DNA from: Candidatus Aminicenantes bacterium
GTDB taxonomy: Bacteria; Acidobacteriota; Aminicenantia; S016-38
Assembly (NCBI GenBank): GCA_026987025.1
Contig: JALSNJ010000040.1
Coordinates: 16,451-80,450 of the forward strand
Reading direction: 5' to 3'
DNA length: 64,000 bases
The notes under the pieces were generated by a model, which saw nothing but the letters and a program-made list of their open reading frames with translations, was not told the DNA's origin and did no database searches. This document shows positions 1 to 7,532 of the stretch, piece by piece. Numbering within the stretch: the stretch's first letter is position 1; each line of letters begins with the position of its first letter. The translations under genes were made by a program, and so were the position numbers.

Positions 1-373
1 TATTTTTAAGGAAGACGGAGAAGTTCCCGAGACCCGTGGGGGTAAAGCTTTGCTGAAGCGCCGAACGGCTGATTATGCTCACGCCTCTCCCCATCAGGAT
101 GAAGATAATGGAGGAAAAGGTCATGAGTCCTAGGCCTCCCAGCTGAAGAAGCCCGAGGATTACCAGCTGGCCGAAGAGGGTGAAGTCCTTCCCCGTGTCC
201 TTAACTATGAGTCCCGTGACGCAGACGGCGGAAGTTGAGGTAAAAAGGGCGTCAATGTAGGAAAGCCTTTCTCCCTTAGATGCGGCTGGCAGGGAAAGCA
301 GAATGGAGCCTATTAATATGGCCCCGGCGAAACTTATGAGGAGCAGCCTTTCAGGGGTTAATTTTTTCCTCAT
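1..373 (-). CDS. trkH: TrkH/KtrB family potassium uptake membrane protein (5' part; runs off window)
   Basis: Translated by hand from ATG at 373 (overlaps lepB stop): MRKKLTPERLLLISFAGAILIGSILLSLP...IDALFTSTSAVCVTGL...FGQLVILGLLQLGGLGLMT. SAVCVTGL and QLGGLG are TrkH/KtrB signatures. Confidence 0.92.
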   Translation of the reverse strand, partial: MRKKLTPERLLLISFAGAILIGSILLSLPAASKGERLSYIDALFTSTSAVCVTGLIVKDTGKDFTLFGQLVILGLLQLGGLGLMTFSSIIFILMGRGVSIISRSALQQSFTPTGLGNFSVFLKN

Positions 374-864
374 CTGAGCCACCTTATTCTGGATGGGGGC
401 CAGAAGACCGCCAGAGCCTTACCCTCAATGTAATCGGCAGGAACCAGCCACCCATATCTGCTGTCGTTGCTCACCTCTGAATTGTCTCCCAAAACGAAGA
501 AAAATCCAAGGGGAATTTTCTTTTTGAGTTTAGCCCAGGGCTGTAGCCGGAAACAGGGGCGCTCCAGGGAGGAGCCATTTACCCTGAGCTTCCCCCCGGA
601 AATTTCAATTTCCTCCCCTGGAAGGCCGGCCACCCTCTTTATAAAGCTCCTTCGGGGATTCCTGGGGTACAGAAAGACCACTATGTCGCACCTCCTTATT
701 TTCGGAGGGGGAAATCTGAGGACCAGGATCCTTTCCCCGGGGAATATGGTGGGCGTCATGCTGCGTCCCCGAACGATGAACTCCCCGAAAAAGAGCTGAT
801 TTATCAGGAGGAAAACTATGAAGGCCAGCAGGAGGTCTATGGCAATTTTCTTGAGAAACCTCAA
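370..864 (-). CDS. lepB: Signal peptidase I
   Basis: N-terminal TM, GRSMTPT (catalytic Ser), FIKRVAGLPGE (catalytic Lys), LGDNSEVSNDSRYG box. Confidence 0.93.
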   Translation of the reverse strand: MRFLKKIAIDLLLAFIVFLLINQLFFGEFIVRGRSMTPTIFPGERILVLRFPPPKIRRCDIVVFLYPRNPRRSFIKRVAGLPGEEIEISGGKLRVNGSSLERPCFRLQPWAKLKKKIPLGFFFVLGDNSEVSNDSRYGWLVPADYIEGKALAVFWPPSRIRWLR

Positions 865-871
865 ATAAATA

Positions 872-949
872 TGGCGGGGCCGACGGGATTTGAACCCGCG
901 ACCTCTGGCGTGACAGGCCAGCGCTCTAACCGGGTTGAGCTACGACCCC
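872..949 (-). tRNA. tRNA-Asp (GTC), CCA encoded
   Basis: Reverse complement GGGGTCGTAGCTCAACCCGGTTAGAGCGCTGGCCTGTCACGCCAGAGGTCGCGGGTTCAAATCCCGTCGGCCCCGCCA folds as a cloverleaf with anticodon GTC. Confidence 0.97.
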
Positions 950-957
950 GCTTAAAA

Positions 958-1029
958 TGGGCGGTAGAGGACTTGAACCTCTGGCCCCCGGCTTGTAAGG
1001 CCAGTGCTCTACCACTGAGCTAACCGCCC
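958..1029 (-). tRNA. tRNA-Val (TAC), CCA not encoded
   Basis: Reverse complement GGGCGGTTAGCTCAGTGGTAGAGCACTGGCCTTACAAGCCGGGGGCCAGAGGTTCAAGTCCTCTACCGCCCA; anticodon TAC; followed by TTTT rather than CCA. Confidence 0.96.
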
Positions 1030-1037
1030 AATGGCTT

Positions 1038-1066
1038 ATTTTATAAGAAACTCCTTCCTTTGTCAA
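1038..1066 (-). promoter_or_regulatory. Sigma-70 promoter of the tRNA-Val/tRNA-Asp/lepB/trkH unit
   Basis: TTGACA (1066-1061), 17-nt spacer, TAAAAT (1043-1038), 8 nt upstream of tRNA-Val. The -35 overlaps the stop codon of the Roadblock gene. Confidence 0.85.
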
Positions 1067-1428
1067 CCGACGGTCCGGGCCATTTCCTTGGCGCTTTTTT
1101 CCATCATAACCTTGGCCAGCCCCACATTTCCTTCCCTTGGTATGGCGGCCACCAGTATGTAGGGGGTTTCGGGGACGCTGTATATGAAGAAAACGGCCTT
1201 ACCGGATATAACCGAGAGGTTTTTGAAACCTCCGACCTCGGAGGGAAGATATGAGAGGGCTTTGGCTATTTCCCTGTATATAAAGGAATAAACCCTGGCT
1301 GCCTTTTCCGGGTCGTGGCCCGGAAGAAGGGTAACCACCGCCTCCTCCCTTTCCTTTTCAAAATCGTAAATTCCCACGGCCACGCCCTGGGGGATCTTTT
1401 TTATAAGCTGGGCAGCTATGTCCTGCAT
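1063..1428 (-). CDS. Roadblock/LAMTOR (MglB-like) domain protein
   Basis: 121 aa with Roadblock-like helix/strand pattern; C-terminal EGNVGLAKVMM resembles KGNLGLARVIM in the fusion protein at 2354; SD AAGGAGG. Confidence 0.72.
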   Translation of the reverse strand: MQDIAAQLIKKIPQGVAVGIYDFEKEREEAVVTLLPGHDPEKAARVYSFIYREIAKALSYLPSEVGGFKNLSVISGKAVFFIYSVPETPYILVAAIPREGNVGLAKVMMEKSAKEMARTVG

Positions 1429-1439
1429 TTCGCCCTCCT

Positions 1440-1807
1440 TTAAAGGGCCACTATCAGTTCCTTGGCCTTCTCCATGGAAGTTTTTATAAGGCCTATGGGG
1501 GTGGACTTGTCAAAGAAACCCACCATGCCGAAGGGGGCCTCCTTAAGGCTCAGGATAACTATCTGGGCGTTCTCGGTTTCTAAAATGGCCTCCTCTCAAA
1601 CTCCCCGTAGGCGGCCTTGGAGCGAATTTCTATTCCCTTCCTTATGGCCCTTATTATGTCCTGACTTACCGCGGTGGCCACTTCCGGGTCCAGCCCCTCC
1701 AATTTGGAGAGGGAATCCACCAAAAGACCCGCCTCGTCAAACACCCCCCCGCAATAAGTGTTGGGAGCTCTTTACATCACCCTTTCTCGGATTTCTTTCA
1801 CATCCAG
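1440..1807 (-). pseudogene. Disrupted Roadblock/LAMTOR paralogue
   Basis: SD GGAGG then CTG start. Repairing +1 (T at 1774), -1 (G7 run 1744-1750) and +2 (AG near 1593) gives a ~121-aa protein, (M)DVKEIRERVMKELPTLIAGGVFDEAGLLVDSLSKLEGLDPEVATAVSQDIIRAIRKGIEIRSKAAYGEFEEAILETENAQIVILSLKEAPFGMVGFFDKSTPIGLIKTSMEKAKELIVAL*, which aligns by eye with the flanking Roadblocks. Confidence 0.78.
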
Positions 1808-1817
1808 TTTTTCCTCC

Positions 1818-2342
1818 TTATTCAGGGAAGGTTATTCTAACCTCATCCTCTGATATTTGCTCCACCTGCAGGGGGGTTTTGTAGAACTTGCCTACCCCCT
1901 TGGCCAGCCCCATAAATATGGCCATGAGCTTTCGGGGGGACTTGTACTTCATTATAAGCACATTGGGGGCTTCCCAGCGGTACTCAAACCTGGGGGGATG
2001 GGCATTGGGAATGTTCTGGGTGGCCTTTCGGTGAATTTCGTCCATTTTGAGTAGCAGTTCCCTGGCACTGGTCACCCCCCGGTAATAGGGCTTATAGACC
2101 TTGGGCATGTAAACCGTCACCCAGTATTCGCCGAAGGCGTCGGCCACCTCCTCCGGGGACAGGTTCAGGGTTCTGGATATGGACTCCACCACCGCCAGAA
2201 CGGTCTCGTCCGGCACATCTTTCCGGACGGAGAAGGTGGTGGTGCGGGGAAGGCCGGCGTTTTCCAGAACATCCATCCATTTTTCCATGCCAAAGTTTTC
2301 CACTACCAGATCTTTGATGGCGTCAATGATCGCACCCTTCAC
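1818..2342 (-). CDS. Stand-alone heme NO-binding (H-NOX/HNOB) protein
   Basis: MKG start, proximal His (MDEIH), PPRF proline, YxSxR heme motif (YKSPR), GLAKG; GTG start with SD AAGGAGG. Confidence 0.92.
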   Translation of the reverse strand: MKGAIIDAIKDLVVENFGMEKWMDVLENAGLPRTTTFSVRKDVPDETVLAVVESISRTLNLSPEEVADAFGEYWVTVYMPKVYKPYYRGVTSARELLLKMDEIHRKATQNIPNAHPPRFEYRWEAPNVLIMKYKSPRKLMAIFMGLAKGVGKFYKTPLQVEQISEDEVRITFPE

Positions 2343-2353
2343 AGCTCGCCTCC

Positions 2354-3478
2354 TTAAATCTCTCCCAGCTCCTTCAGGGTTTCCAGGAAGGCAAGTTCGT
2401 ACTTCTTCATAATAACCCTGGCCAGCCCGAGATTCCCCTTTCTGGTCATGGCCACTCCCTGATAGTGCTTTTCCCCCAGCTGCCTCACTAAAATGTAGGC
2501 CCTATCGGTGGTTACCAGGATGTCCTCCGTCTCTCCGACGATTTCTGGCCCCCCTAGCAGTTCTAAGGCCTTGTTGTTCTGCTTTAGAACCTCAGAATAG
2601 GCGGCCGATGCCACCGTGACATCAAAATTGGGGTCCGGTGAATAGGTGGCAATAGCAAGGCCTGAGTCAAAATTGACTATAGAAGTTCCTATTAATTCCG
2701 GAATTTCCCCCGCGGCCTTTTCAAGTAGTTCTTGCAATGTTGACATTTTATCACCTCCTTTAATAATCACCTCCAATTCCTCCTCTTCCTTGGTTTTGTC
2801 CTCGTCCCTGTGCCTGGCGGCCTCCAGGACGAGGTGCATAATGCTTTCCCCTATCCTTCCCTCCTCATCATCCCTGTAGGGCCGGGAGGTAAATACCCCT
2901 CCCTCCCAGTTCATCATCTCCATAAAGGCGTCTATTCCCTTTAAATCCTCGGTTTTGGCCCACATAACCCTTCCATCCTTTATCCCCATCTCCCCCTTCA
3001 GTCCTATGGAATTTTCCACCGAAAGGGTCAGGTCCTTGTTGTAAAACGAGAGAAATTGCAGGATGTCCACCAGCTCCAGGTCGCTCAGGGAAACATCAAA
3101 TCCCTTAGTCTGGAAAATTTTGCCTATGATTCTAAGGAGCTGATTGAGGGCCACGGGCTTTTCCAGGTAAAGCAATGCCCCGGATTTTTTGGCCTTTTCC
3201 TTGAAGAAAGGGGAACCGTAGGCGGTGATGAGGATAACCCTGGTTTGGGGGAGGTTTTCCCTGATCCAGAGCAGAAGGTCAAATCCGTCCTTTCCGGGTA
3301 GTTTTATGTCGGAGATCACCAGGTCCACGGGATGCTTTTTTAAAAACTCCACCGCCTCTTCGTAGCTGTATGCCCCGTGGCATTCAAGCTTCTTGCTCAG
3401 GAATTCCATCATGGAAAGGGTTATGTTGACCTCGTCGTCAACAATGAGGATTTCGGGCTTTTTCTTTTTCTTGGCCAT
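2354..3478 (-). CDS. Response regulator: receiver + DUF4388 (PATAN-like) + C-terminal Roadblock
   Basis: REC motifs (IVDDE, ISDIKLP, ITAYG, LEKP); DUF4388-like LSDLELVDILQFL...GRVMWA...AFMEMMNWEGGVF...LVLEAARHRDE; C-terminal Roadblock (SGLAIA...EDILVTT...GNLGLAR). Confidence 0.85.
   Translation of the reverse strand: MAKKKKKPEILIVDDEVNITLSMMEFLSKKLECHGAYSYEEAVEFLKKHPVDLVISDIKLPGKDGFDLLLWIRENLPQTRVILITAYGSPFFKEKAKKSGALLYLEKPVALNQLLRIIGKIFQTKGFDVSLSDLELVDILQFLSFYNKDLTLSVENSIGLKGEMGIKDGRVMWAKTEDLKGIDAFMEMMNWEGGVFTSRPYRDDEEGRIGESIMHLVLEAARHRDEDKTKEEEELEVIIKGGDKMSTLQELLEKAAGEIPELIGTSIVNFDSGLAIATYSPDPNFDVTVASAAYSEVLKQNNKALELLGGPEIVGETEDILVTTDRAYILVRQLGEKHYQGVAMTRKGNLGLARVIMKKYELAFLETLKELGEI
2744..2762 (-). 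promoter_or_regulatory. Internal ribosome-binding site and in-frame ATG for a stand-alone Roadblock (2354-2746)
   Basis: Minus strand reads AAAGGAGGTGATAAAATG (encoding KGGDKM) exactly at the Roadblock domain boundary. Confidence 0.7.
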
Positions 3479-3490
3479 CGTTTTATTTTG

Positions 3491-3506
3491 AGCAAAAAAT
3501 GTGCCA
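3491..3506 (-). promoter_or_regulatory. Sigma-54 (-24/-12) promoter of the REC-DUF4388-Roadblock/H-NOX operon
   Basis: Minus strand TGGCAC-ATTTT-TTGCT matches consensus TGGCAC-N5-TTGCW exactly; predicted +1 near 3480, 2 nt before the ATG at 3478. Confidence 0.85.
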
Positions 3507-3526
3507 GAAAATACCCCATTTAAAAC

Positions 3527-3554
3527 TTGATGTTTTCCAGGGGGGTGGTAAAAT
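3527..3554 (+). promoter_or_regulatory. Sigma-70 promoter for the kinase/regulator pair (leaderless)
   Basis: TTGATG, 16 nt, TAAAAT with extended TG; ATG at 3562 is 7 nt downstream with no SD. Confidence 0.6.
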
Positions 3555-3561
3555 TTTTTCT

Positions 3562-4467
3562 ATGAAGGAAGCATTGCCCGTAAACCTGGTAGGTTTTTTT
3601 TGCGAATGGGAAGATAGGTTGACAGTTTTGCCGAAGGATTTCTCGGGGCTATTTCTTCCCAAAATGCAGGAGATATTGAAGGAAGTGGAGGGTGGAAAGA
3701 AAATTGTCAGCATAGGGAGCTGCAATTGGGAGGTTTTTGACTTCAGCAGCGAGGTGGGGGAGGGAGGGATTCATAGGCTTTTGATTTTCGTTCCATTAAA
3801 CCGGGAGATGACACACATATACTCCATGATAATTCACGAACTCAAGAACCCCATAGCAGCCATAAGGGCCATGGTTCAGGTTATGGAAACGGGCATAAAG
3901 GAGGGTGTTCAGGAAAGGGAGAAACTCCTTCAATACACCTCCCTGATCCTGGAGGAAATAGACAGGATGAACCGGATTCTTTCTTCCATAATGAAGCTGG
4001 CGAAGCCTAAAACAAGGTTTAGATTTAAATTTGACCTGGTGGAGGAGACGAAAAAGGCCATGGCCACATGGGGTCAGGAATTCAAGTCGCAGGGTATAAA
4101 GATGACCCTGATTACCAACCGGGAGAAAATATACTTCTTGGGAAATCCCGACGAGATCCATCAGATAATAAACAATCTTCTGAGGAACTCTAAAGAAGCC
4201 CTGGAGGGGGTAAAGGAACCCAGGGTGATTGTGGATATAACGGAGACACGGGGGGAAATTATAATGCGGGTAAAAGACAACGGCCGGGGCATGGAGCCGG
4301 AGGTTATGGAAAAGATTAAAACCTCCTTTTATTCCTCCAAACCCCAGGGCCTTGGGCTGGGTCTCTTCGTGGTAAAGAGCATCGTGGGAATGTACGGCGG
4401 AGAACTTAACATAAAATCGGAGGAAGGAAAGGGCTGCGAGATAACCCTGAGGTTTCCCAGAAGATGA
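3562..4467 (+). CDS. Soluble sensor histidine kinase (HisKA + HATPase_c)
   Basis: H-box IIHELKNP, N-box NNLLRNSKEA, DNGRGM, GLGLGL; no TM segment. Start moved from 3499 to ATG 3562 on promoter position. Confidence 0.9.
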   Translation: MKEALPVNLVGFFCEWEDRLTVLPKDFSGLFLPKMQEILKEVEGGKKIVSIGSCNWEVFDFSSEVGEGGIHRLLIFVPLNREMTHIYSMIIHELKNPIAAIRAMVQVMETGIKEGVQEREKLLQYTSLILEEIDRMNRILSSIMKLAKPKTRFRFKFDLVEETKKAMATWGQEFKSQGIKMTLITNREKIYFLGNPDEIHQIINNLLRNSKEALEGVKEPRVIVDITETRGEIIMRVKDNGRGMEPEVMEKIKTSFYSSKPQGLGLGLFVVKSIVGMYGGELNIKSEEGKGCEITLRFPRR

Positions 4468-5699
4468 GCGACATCCTCATAGTGGAGGACGACCTGAACT
4501 TTGCGAAGGCGCTGGAGGATTATCTTTCAGCCAGGGGGTTTGAGGTGAAGGTAGTCCTCAACGGGAAAAAGGCCCTGGAAGTTGCCCGCAGCGAAACCCC
4601 TGAGATAGTTCTCCTGGACCTTTTTCTTCCGGATTATAGCGGTCTAGATCTGATACCAGAGCTTTCCTTAACCTCCTCCGTGGTGGTAATAACCGGGGCC
4701 GGGGAGGTGAGACTGGCGGTGGAGGCCATGAGAAGGGGAGCCTACGACTTCCTGGTTAAACCGGTAGATCTGGAGGCCTTAGCCCTGAAACTGGAAAGAT
4801 TTTTTCCGGTCAGGGTCGTGCACGGCTTAATTGGCAATTCCCCTGCCATGAGGAGGGTGGTAGAGGAGGCGAAATTGGCCTCCCGGGGGAGGGCCAGCGT
4901 GCTTATCCTGGGGGAGACAGGGGTGGGAAAGGAGGAGGTGGCCAGGGCAATATACCGTCTCTCAGGCAGAAGGGGAAAGTTCGTGGCGGTAAACGCTTCG
5001 GCCCTTCCTGAGCCCCTTTTTGAGTCGGAGCTTTTCGGCCACAGAAGGGGGGCCTTCACCGGAGCCACCTACGACAAAAAGGGCCTGCTGGAAGAGGCCC
5101 AGGGAGGGGTGTTCTACCTGGACGAAATTACGGAAATGCCCCTTCACCTTCAGGCCAAGCTCCTGAGGGTTCTGGAAACCAGAACTTTGAGAAGGTTGGG
5201 GGAGACCCGGGACAGGGAGGTGGAATTTAAATTTATCGCCTCATCCAATTTGAAAATGGAGGAATTGAAGGAAAGGCTCAGGGAGGACCTCTTTTACAGG
5301 ATTTCCACCTTTATAATTGAAATCCCCCCCCTCAGGGAGAGGAAGGAGGACATAATCCCTCTGGCTAAGCACTTCATAAGGGAATTCGGAAGGGAAAAGG
5401 GAATTTTCGGGATAAGCCCCCCGGCGGAAGAAATTCTCCTGAAGTATTCCTGGCCCGGCAATGTAAGGGAGCTTAGGAACGAGATAGAAAGGGCCTGCTT
5501 AGTGGCCAGCGGAAGGCAACTGGAACCCTCCCATTTCAGCGAGAGGATCAGGGGGGAGCACAGGATTCTTACCCTGGAAGAGATGGAAAGGGAATACATA
5601 AAAAAGGTTCTCCAGATCTGTGGGGGCAACAAAAGCAGGGCCGCTAAGCTTCTGGGAATTTCCCGTCCCACCCTGCGGAAAAAACTGAGCGAGGGCTGA
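4464..5699 (+). CDS. Sigma-54-dependent (NtrC/AtoC family) response regulator
   Basis: REC (VEDD, LLDLFLP, VKP), Walker A GETGVGKE, GAFTGA, Walker B YLDEI, WPGNVREL, Fis-type HTH; ATGA overlap with the kinase. Confidence 0.96.
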   Translation: MSDILIVEDDLNFAKALEDYLSARGFEVKVVLNGKKALEVARSETPEIVLLDLFLPDYSGLDLIPELSLTSSVVVITGAGEVRLAVEAMRRGAYDFLVKPVDLEALALKLERFFPVRVVHGLIGNSPAMRRVVEEAKLASRGRASVLILGETGVGKEEVARAIYRLSGRRGKFVAVNASALPEPLFESELFGHRRGAFTGATYDKKGLLEEAQGGVFYLDEITEMPLHLQAKLLRVLETRTLRRLGETRDREVEFKFIASSNLKMEELKERLREDLFYRISTFIIEIPPLRERKEDIIPLAKHFIREFGREKGIFGISPPAEEILLKYSWPGNVRELRNEIERACLVASGRQLEPSHFSERIRGEHRILTLEEMEREYIKKVLQICGGNKSRAAKLLGISRPTLRKKLSEG

Positions 5700-5704
5700 G
5701 ATTG

Positions 5705-7060
5705 TCAGAGGAATATTTTCCCTGGATTGAGGATATTCTTTGGGTCAAGTAGGCGCTTTATCCCCTTCATTAATCGGTAGGATTCCTCCCCCAATTGTGC
5801 CCTGAGGAAGCTCGCCTTGGTAATCCCGATGCCGTGTTCCCCTGAGATGGCCCCTCCCTTTTTTATAACCCACAGGAAGAGCTCCTTTACCGCCTCCTCC
5901 GCCCTGGGTTTCTCCTCCTCCTCCACCATGAAGTTTACATGGAGGTTTCCGTCCCCCATGTGGCCGAAGACCACCACCATGATGGAGTGTTTTTTCCCCA
6001 AGGAATAAACGAAATCCACCGCCTGAGGAATCAAAGACCTCGGCACCACTATGTCCTCGTTTATCTTTATGGGCTTCAATCTGTTTATGGCCGGTGATAT
6101 GCTCCTTCTAAGTTTCCATACCTCCTCTTCCTGTTCTTCGTCCTCTGAAACCACCATGCTCACCGGGGAGTTTTCCTTCAAACATCGCTTTATCCTCTCC
6201 ATCTGGCTTTTTACGGAGAGTTCATCTCCATCCACCTGGATTATAAGGCTGGCCCCGGCTTTTATTTCAATTCCAAGGTAAGAAGAGGCTGCTTTGAGGC
6301 TCTCGCTATCCACGAATTCCAGGGCGGAAGGGAGAATTCCGCAGCTCAGAAGGGAGGTAGCGGCCAGGGATGCCTCCCTTACATTCCTGAAATCTGCCCT
6401 GAGGCTTCTCCTTAAAGGTGGGAGAGGGATTAACTTTAACCATGCCCTGGTGATGACCCCTAAGGTTCCTTCGCTTCCGATAAAAAGCCCCAGCAAATCG
6501 TAGCCCGCCACATTCTTTTGCAGACCCCTTCCCAGCTCTATGATTTCCCCGGAGGGGAGGACAACCCTGAGGCCCAGGACATAGTTTTTCGTAACTCCGT
6601 ATTTGAGGCACCTGGGGCCACCGGCATTCTCCGCTAAGTTTCCTCCAATGGTGGAGTTTTTCAGGGAGGCAGGATCCGGTGGATAAAAAAGGCCGTGCTT
6701 CTCCGCCTCCCTCTGGAGTTCCTCTGTGATGAGGCCGGGCTCCACCTCCGCCACCATGTCCTCCCCATGGATTTTTAAGTACCTCATGCGGCTTAAGGAG
6801 AGGACCAGGCCTCCCTCTATGGGAACAGCCCCTCCGGAAAAACCAGTTCCCGAACCCCTGGGTACTACAGGAAATTTATATTTATTGGCTAATTTTAAGG
6901 TCTCCGATATCTGGCGCTCATTCACAGGAAAGGCCACCGCATCGGGCCTTGCTTCTATCCTGGTGGCATCAGTGGAATAGGCTAAAAGGTGAGGAGGGTC
7001 TTCCCTTAGAGCCTTTCCGAATAGCTTTTTCAGGGCTTTTTTAGCCTGCTCTGGAATCAT
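5705..7060 (-). CDS. FAD-linked oxidase, GlcD/D-lactate dehydrogenase family
   Basis: PRGSGTGFSGG, YPPDPAS, TIGGNLAENAGG, GSEGTLG, GHMGDGNLH, SGEHGIG, LNPGK. Confidence 0.9.
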   Translation of the reverse strand: MIPEQAKKALKKLFGKALREDPPHLLAYSTDATRIEARPDAVAFPVNERQISETLKLANKYKFPVVPRGSGTGFSGGAVPIEGGLVLSLSRMRYLKIHGEDMVAEVEPGLITEELQREAEKHGLFYPPDPASLKNSTIGGNLAENAGGPRCLKYGVTKNYVLGLRVVLPSGEIIELGRGLQKNVAGYDLLGLFIGSEGTLGVITRAWLKLIPLPPLRRSLRADFRNVREASLAATSLLSCGILPSALEFVDSESLKAASSYLGIEIKAGASLIIQVDGDELSVKSQMERIKRCLKENSPVSMVVSEDEEQEEEVWKLRRSISPAINRLKPIKINEDIVVPRSLIPQAVDFVYSLGKKHSIMVVVFGHMGDGNLHVNFMVEEEEKPRAEEAVKELFLWVIKKGGAISGEHGIGITKASFLRAQLGEESYRLMKGIKRLLDPKNILNPGKIFL

Positions 7061-7532
7061 GAAATTTTTTCTTCAGCTCCCTGTCCACCACTTCTGGAAC
7101 CAGTTCGGGGAGGCTTCCTCCCAGGCTGTAGATTTCCTTAACCAGCTTGGAACTCAGGAAGGAGTATTCCACCCTGGGCATCATGAAAATTATTTCTATG
7201 GAAGGGTTTAGCTTGAAGTTCATCAGGGCCATCTGGAATTCGTATTCAAAGTCGGATATGGCCCTCAGCCCCCTTATAATAACATCTGCCCTGGTCCTCC
7301 TGGCGTATTCCACCAGAAGCCCTCTGAAGGAACCCACCCTTATATTTGATTTTCCCCTGAATATTTCCCTTATCATATCAACCCTTTCTTCCACAGTGAA
7401 GAGAGGACTCTTGGATGGGTTTTCCAGGACCGCCACCTCCACTATGTCAAAGATTCTGCTGGCCCGCTCTAAAATGTCCACATGTCCATTGGTTATAGGA
7501 TCAAAGGACCCCGGATAAAGAGCCTTTTTCAT
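7041..7532 (-). CDS. coaD: Phosphopantetheine adenylyltransferase
   Basis: YPGSFDPITNGH, IRGLRAISDFEYE, LSSKLVKE. Confidence 0.97.
   Translation of the reverse strand: MKKALYPGSFDPITNGHVDILERASRIFDIVEVAVLENPSKSPLFTVEERVDMIREIFRGKSNIRVGSFRGLLVEYARRTRADVIIRGLRAISDFEYEFQMALMNFKLNPSIEIIFMMPRVEYSFLSSKLVKEIYSLGGSLPELVPEVVDRELKKKFHDSRAG

Noticed and set aside
1462-1884. 140-aa plus-strand ORF
   Set aside because: Antisense shadow of the disrupted Roadblock gene; Pro-rich with no recognisable motif or SD.
3619-3635. TTGACAGTTTTGCCGAA inside the kinase gene, resembling the pilin enhancer
   Set aside because: Only one half-site matches and the register differs; too weak to claim a shared activator.
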